From: the human T2T-CHM13v2.0 reference genome, Homo sapiens
Assembly: GCF_009914755.1 (NCBI RefSeq)
Contig: NC_060940.1
Direction: 5' to 3' (one strand)
DNA: 64,000 nucleotides
A program made the translations under genes and the position numbers. The notes under the pieces are model-generated. The model saw only the letters and a program-made list of their open reading frames with translations, did not search any database and was not told the DNA's origin. Shown one piece after another: positions 48,786 through 64,000 of this stretch; the stretch's first letter is position 1; each line of letters starts with the position of its first letter.

Positions 48786-49542
48786 CTAGGTTGGAGAAGA
48801 GTAGATGGGTAAAATTGGGAGTCTGGGGTGTTTGTCCTTGTTTCATAAGAAAATGTGAAATCTCCTACCATCAAATTAGCATCTACCTTTCTACATACTC
48901 TAGTCTCCCTCTGTTTACTGCTTCAGAGAGACTTAGACCCCACACCCACACTGACTGTAGATGCCTATTCAATTTTAGTTTCTAGCTGTTCTCATTATCC
49001 CATTAACCTCCCAGCCTTTCTGCTTACAAAATGGTTCATTCATGCATTTATTTATTCAGAAAATATTTTTTGAGAGTTCATTACATCTTAGGCATTGAAC
49101 AAAGGCCTGGACATACAACACTAAGAAAGTATAGTCTCTATAGGGGATCTTCTATGTACTAGTTGACATGTGATGGAAAAGGAAATGTAGAAACGCACAA
49201 AAGAATATATATTATCAGAGAGGTACTTATTGGACACCTCACATGTATGAATTCATTTATATTTAATTTAATGATTTCAAACAATACATGAGCTCTATAT
49301 ACTTGGTCTCATTTTACAGATTACCATTCAGGAGCCCATGGAATTTATAAGATTTGCCCAAGGCCCCAATGCTTCTGTGTGGATTATAACCCAAGTGAGT
49401 GACTTCAAAGTTAATGATCTTACATGCTATTCAATACTGTATCCAAGGCTAGGCATGGTGGCTCAAGCCTGTAATCCCAGCATTTTGGGAGGCTGAGCTG
49501 AGCAGATTACTTGAGGCCAGGAGTTTGAGACCGGCCTGGTCA

Positions 49543-49743
<201 letters not shown>

Positions 49744-49894
49744 TTAACAAAATACTGCATCTAACTTCTGGTCTCACAGTTGAGTCCAGCTTAAGCCCAG
49801 GCCTATCCAAAGTCCACCCCACATAGGTAGACCATACTCACCAACCTTTCTAGAGGACATAGAGGGACTAAATTCCCCTCAAATTTTTTCTTAC

Positions 49895-50051
49895 CCAGTT
49901 TTAGTCTAGAGTGCTGTCCAGAGGTACTTGCTTCTCCAGGAGGGGACACTGGTTTCTGAGCCTGCTCTGAGTCACTTGTATTCAGTAAATTTGGCGTTCC
50001 TGACAATTCTCTCAAACTAGATTCATTATTGAATGACGCCTTGGGCATTCC
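49895..50051 (-). CDS. PRDM7: PRDM7 exon ([10 protein letters not shown]...SRLKL)
   Basis: aag|GGA...G|gtaaga; 157 nt. Confidence 0.94.
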
Positions 50052-50589
50052 CTTTAATGTGAGAATCACATATTAAAAGACAACGTGCATTTATTTAGTT
50101 CTTTACGGCTTGCAACATGTTTTCATATGACTGTAGTTAATGTTCAAACCTTGGAAATACCTAGAGTGTCTAAATACTAGAGGGAAAAGACAAGGTCTAA
50201 GTGGGTAGTGAATCTGGGACTCTAACCCATGTCTTAAGGCTCTTTCCTTCAACTTCCTCTCAAAACGTTCTGTGTAAGTTAAAGGGAAGGAGGAAGAATA
50301 CTTGGGAAGACTAGCTGGAGAATCAGCAAGATCTGTGAAAGAAGGGGATGAGGGCTTACAGAGAGAAGGAGGGAATCTTCCATAAACTAGTAGACTTTTG
50401 ATGGAAGGGGAAATGTAGAAAAGCACAGAGGGACAAAGCACATCTGGAAAATGAGGTAATAGGGCAGTAAGGTTCGGAACAGAACAAAGAGATGATTGGC
50501 AAAAATATATCTAGACAACTAAGAAAGTGAAGTCAAAGTTGCATGTTGCCATATCCTGGAAAGAATATTTGGCTTTTGAATTAGATTAG

Positions 50590-50895
<306 letters not shown>

Positions 50896-50978
50896 TAGGT
50901 TGGCCAGGCTGGTCTAGAACTCCTCACCTCAAGTGATCCACCCACCTCAGCCTCCCAAAGTGCTGGGATTATATGTAA

Positions 50979-51302
<324 letters not shown>

Positions 51303-51398
51303 TAATTCTTAATATTGTAGTGAACATGAAAGATAATAATGTTCACCAAAGTGTTTTTTGAGCTACTTAATACAGTATGAATGTGAGATTAATAATTA

Positions 51399-51812
<414 letters not shown>

Positions 51813-53142
51813 TCAAGACCAGCCTGAGCTACACGGCAAAACCCTGCCTGTACAAAACACATAAAAATTAGCTGGGCATGGTGGTGCATGCCTGTGGTCC
51901 CAGCTACTCAGGAGGCTGAGGCAGGAGGATCACACTAACCTAGGAGATGGAGGCTGCAGTAAGCCGAGATTGAGCCATTGCACTGCAGCCTTGGCGCAAG
52001 AGCCAGACTCTGTCTCAAACTACCCCCTGCCCCTGTAGAAAAATAACAAACGAAAATTATCTCATAGTCCTGATATATCTCTACAGTTGAAATCTAACTC
52101 AAAGATATTTTCAGCATTCCTTGACCCTGTTACTTATAGTTTAATTCATAAGCTTGGAATCAATCATTCAGAAAACACTCAGGAGGCTCTCAGAGGCCCT
52201 GAGCTGGGCTTGGGAGTTCTAAGAAGAATCAGGAAGGGACTAGACTCCTGAAGAGCTCACAATGAAGAGGCAGCAGGCAGGCTAAACAAATAATTCCAAA
52301 TAACATGACAGTTCCCTAATTGGAGCCCAGAGGAAGGAGCTGTTACTGCCTTCTACAGGAATGAGCATTTGAAATTGGTTCCAGAAGAATATATTTTTAC
52401 TTAATAGGGTGTAACCTATATGAAGTCCTAAACCATTTTCTTATTTGTTGTTTCTCAATCTTCGAACCTGAAACCCTTCAGGGCTGGAAGCTGCTTCCTC
52501 TGATCAGAATGGGTCCCTTATGAGGGTAGGGACCCTATCTTCTTCTGGTACCATCCACAGTATGAATTGTCTATTTACTTGGAAGCTTCCCTTAATCAGA
52601 GTGTTTTAGTGCAAATCTGACTTTACTACAACAGAGAAAAACTGAGGTTGAAAAATCAATTGGACGAATGATGTAAAGACATATGGGTAAGACAGCATAA
52701 ACTTTATAAAACTATGAAACTTTTAATGATCTTGTAAGTGCTTTAGAGAAGGAGTTTTGGATTAGACTGCACCAACACTGAATGTGATCCCAGGGATATA
52801 ACTGAACATTTTTATACCTCAGTTTCCTAACCTGTAAAATGGCTATAGTTATAGTACCTACTTAATAGGTACTATATGTGAAGTTGAATAGGTACTATAT
52901 GTAAAGTTGATTCATGTAAAATGCTTAAAAAAGTCTGAAAATACTGAGAAAATAACCCATGGTAGCGATTATTGTTGCTGTTCTTATTAACTCTTAAAAT
53001 AATGATGATGTCAGACACTGCGCTAAAGAGATCAGGAGAGGAAGGCAGTAGTTCCTAGGATAGTCTGTACATTCTCCTTCTCTTACCTGTATTTGGATCT
53101 ATGAGGAAGGTTTCTTGTCAACAGGATTTGGGAGATACTTAC

Positions 53143-53192
53143 CTTCTGGTGTTTACTCTGTTCTCCTCTGAAGGCCATCCAAGGAGGTTTGA
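53143..53192 (-). CDS. PRDM7: PRDM7 exon (VKPPWMAFRGEQSKHQK)
   Basis: tag|TC...AAG|gtaagt; 50 nt. Confidence 0.93.
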
Positions 53193-53246
53193 CTAAGAGG
53201 TGATGAGAAATCAGTGGTTTGGTTGGTAAATGTTTCCAAACTCTAG

Positions 53247-53411
<165 letters not shown>

Positions 53412-53789
53412 TAATTTTTGCATTTTTAGTAGAGATGGGGTTTCTCCATGTTGGCGATGCTGGTCTCGAACTCCTGACCTTAGGTGATCCACCTGCCTCG
53501 GACTCCCAAAGTGCTGAGATTACAGGCGTGAGCCACTATGCTTGGCCTAACTCTGGAGTTTCTCATTAGAGACAGAGAATTCTGAATCAGAGAGTGATGA
53601 TTCCAAGTATTATCCAAGGGCAATTTGGAAATGTTTTCTGAAGTATCATTAAGGCCTATGCTTCTATTGGGGGCATTGCTAATTTTCTTAAGATTTAAAA
53701 AAATAGATAAAACTTCATCTTTGTTTCAGCCTATCTGTAAAGGTATACCTAATAAGGTGTTTATTACATTAATTTTTAAAACGTAAATT

Positions 53790-59030
<5,241 letters not shown>

Positions 59031-59681
59031 TTGACTTAAATTGGGGATTTTAACTGAGTTCAGATAAAGATGTATAGATGTGTGGTAAACCACGGGAGAT
59101 AGATTCCCTCTAAAGAGACATTCTTTTCATGTCAAAACATTTGCAGAAAAGCAAACGCTGGCCTTTCATTCCTCTTACATTACATTAAGGTCTTAAGGAA
59201 TCTCAAATCCACAGATGGGGAAATCGTAGACCCAATCCAAGTTGCTTTCTCCAGTTTGGGCAGATTGACTGTTTTTACTTCTAAACTCTCCTAACCAAGC
59301 AGTAGAAGAGGAAATGAGCTTTGCACTTCTATTTTATAATTATGGTACATTATTTTATCTACTTGATGCTGTCTCTGGTCAGTGACATATGGGAAAGATC
59401 AGGGCAACTAAACAGCTCTCTCAAACCCGCTCCAGAATCGAGACAAAGAAGTAGATACATTTTGGTATAAGAGGATCATATAGTATGATGAAATGTACAT
59501 AAATGATGTATCTTTACTTAATATTATTTCTTCTAAGACATTTAACTCAATAACTATTATGAGATTGGTGTTAGAAAGCTTTTTTGTGGATTTGCAGTTT
59601 AATTGTTTTCTTTACTTGTTCTGTGATTTATTAACATTGTTTAGCTAAAACAATGTTTTCTTTTTTTTAAAAAAAGAATGA

Positions 59682-61453
<1,772 letters not shown>

Positions 61454-61456
61454 TCA

Positions 61457-61753
<297 letters not shown>

Positions 61754-62120
61754 CTAGAGGAAGTAACAGATTCCATCAGTGATTTACTAATACACATCGA
61801 GCTGGTCCTTTTCCTCTACCCTGCGTGTAGGGCATAGCCTGGGGCCTCTGGGAGTCTCTGTGAAACATAAAGACCTTCCCTCCTTCTCCAGATTGTGTCC
61901 TGTTTAACTGAGCAGACACTGAGCATTTTCCTAGCTCTCTGCTGACACAGAGCAGTCACTGATGCTAGTGTTCTTTTCTCCCCCATGTCCTGGCCAGGAC
62001 CAGCTGCCCCCATTCCATGCACATTCAGACAGAGTCACCCAAGGGTACAGGCCAGGAGTCTGCAGCACTCCAGAGATCAGCTCCTGCTGGGAGTCTGGCT
62101 TCGCCTCCCCGACTTCTCAC

Positions 62121-62189
62121 CATGGGCTTCCGCTCTGTTCTCTCTGTGTCTCCTTCTGGGCTCTCCTCTTGGGACCTTTCAGGGCTCAT
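62121..62189 (-). CDS. PRDM7: PRDM7 coding exon 1 (MSPERSQEESPEGDTERTERKPM); exon begins at 62274
   Basis: agcaccATG at 62189; donor ATG|gtgaga; upstream acceptor ccacag|GAG at 62274. Confidence 0.95.
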
Positions 62190-62689
62190 GGTGCTGGGAC
62201 TGTCTAGAAGGCCCTGCTCCAATTCTGAGTGTGGGAAGGGCCCCTGAGTCTCCCAGCTCCTAGGCCAAAGGCTCCTGTGGAAGGAGAAGGTGCTGAGATG
62301 GGGCAACAGCCCTGAGCACTACCCAGAACAAGGCTCTGTCTTCTCCATCTGGCTGGGGTGTTCAGAGCAGGAAGACTGGGTTCCTGGTGAGGTCTCGAGC
62401 ACCCCAGGGAGGTCTGGGGGTACTGATGGGATGGGAAGGCCTCCACTGGCCATGAGCTGCCACCTAATGTAAGCTGGATTTTGTTCTTTTAGTTCCCCTG
62501 CAGCTTGGCTCATTTGGAGAAGGGTGGCACAGGTGCCTGGAGGGTTGTAGCTACCGGTGTTTGAGGGGAGTCCTGAGGTGTGAGAGCCAGAGGAGTCTCA
62601 AGGAGACCTTGAGGCCCCCTGACTGCTGGGACTTGGGTCACACTGAGGAGCAGGGTTCTGTTTTAGCGAGGCAAAATGAACATTTTGCA

Positions 62690-63500
62690 TAGACAGGATT
62701 TGGGGATCTCTACTTGGGGATTCTAGAAAAATCCAGGAGTAAAGCAGTCTGCATCTCTAAGGGGAAGCTATCTCTCAGGTTGAGATTTGGGGTCCCTCAG
62801 GCTGAGGGGATTTGAGATGTCTTAGACTGAAGAAATTGGGGTTTCTCAGGTTGAGGGAATTTGGAGTATCTTGAGCTGAGGAGCTTTGGTATCCCTCAGG
62901 CTGATAGTATTTGTGGTTTTTCAGGATGAGATTAGGGGTCTTTTAGGCTGAAGAGATCTGGGGTGCTCTAGTTGACAGGATTTGAGATTCATCAGGTTAA
63001 GGGGATTTGGGGTTCCTCGGGATGAAAGGATTTGGGATATTTGAGGCTGAGGAAATTCTGGGTCTCGGGTAAAGGAGATTTGGGTCTCTCATTAATGGGT
63101 TTTAGGGTGTTTGACACTGAGGTTATTTGGTCCTTGAAGCTGACGGGGTTGAGTTTTCAGGCTATTTAGGTTATCTGTGGTTGGGGAAATCTGGTCTCTC
63201 TGAGATATTTAGGGTTCCTCAGGCTGAGGTATTTGGGGTGCCTTAGGGTGAGGGAAATTGTGGCTCCTCAGGCTCAGAATATTTGGGGATCTAAGCATTA
63301 GGAGATTCGATGTTCCTCTGGGTGAAGGGATTTGGGGTCTCTGAAGCTGAGGTACTTTGGGGGTTTCATGCTGAGGGGATTTTAAATCCCTCAAGGTGGC
63401 AGGATTTGGGGTCTTTTGAGGCTGAGAGGATTTGGAGCTTCTCAGGGTGAGGGGATCTGGGGTCTCCTAGGCTAAAATTTGAAGGTCTTGGGATGAGGGT
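62690..63500. repeat. Degenerate ~30-bp G/T-rich satellite (ggctgagggatttggggtc-like) 5' of PRDM7 coding exon 1
   Basis: Recurrent ctcaggctgag...atttgggg modules, highly diverged. Confidence 0.7.
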
Positions 63501-63559
63501 TTACAAGGGTTTCACGCTGCACGACAAAGGCTCCCCATGCTCTTCACAGTCTCCCGTTT

Positions 63560-64000
63560 TCTCCTGCCGCGGTGTTCACCCTGGCCGGGCGTCTTCTTGG
63601 AGCCGCTCAGGAGGTGAGACGCGGTGGGTGCCAGCCTGTAGTGCTGCCAGCCAATCAGCGTTGAGACCAAGGCGAGCCCGCCAATCGGCAGTCAGGAGGT
63701 GCTAAAGGGGCGGGGAGTAGGGCGGAGCCTTGCCTGTCAGTCATGGGCACAACCCGGTTTTGGGCTCAGGAGGTCGGGGAGGGGCCTGGCTTTTCCCGCC
63801 CCTGGGGAAGGTCCCGCCCCTGGGGAAGGTCCTGCCCCACCCCGCTGGGATTGCGTGCAACCATCTGGAATCCTCCCGCGCACAGGCGCAGTTTCGCGGT
63901 TTTATTACTTGGTTTTCCCCAACGCCGGTGTTTCCGACTGAGCCGGGAGTCGGGGCTGCTCCTCACTTCCCTCCTCAGGCCTGGGTCTTCTGAGGGGACA
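63560..64000 (-). promoter_or_regulatory. PRDM7: Probable PRDM7 promoter / non-coding first exon (donor AGG|GTGAAC at 63580/63579)
   Basis: CpG-rich, with two CCAAT boxes (63651, 63681), a GC box at ~63707 and TTTTCCCGCC at 63791. Confidence 0.55.

Overview
Human (primate) genomic DNA, Alu-rich and GC-rich. From recognisable proteins and gene order it is the distal 16q24.3 cluster DBNDD1(-) / GAS8 [DRC4](+) / GAS8-AS1 [C16orf3](-) / URAHP(-) / PRDM7(-). I reconstructed all 11 GAS8 coding exons (1437 nt = 478 aa + stop), all 10 PRDM7 coding exons (1479 nt = 492 aa + stop), the first coding exon of DBNDD1 and all four exons of the HIU-hydrolase pseudogene URAHP. The rest is Alu, L1, MaLR/ERV LTR and DNA-transposon remnants plus several VNTRs. 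No prokaryotic, CRISPR, rRNA or tRNA features are present. The genes are known, so any novelty lies in fine structure. The best candidate is the PRDM7 89-nt exon duplication: its two copies differ at one base, the Ser/Tyr357 codon, so removing one unit would restore both the PRDM9-type Tyr and the ancestral frame. That frame then runs through the proximal polyA signal and would need a more distal site, plausibly the one in a downstream LTR. Other candidates are two separate 14-nt deletions in URAHP with intact PTS2 and YRGS signatures, a splice-site-mimicking satellite before GAS8 exon 4, and a duplicated exon-8 donor. Repeat family names and repeat boundaries are recalled or estimated by eye.
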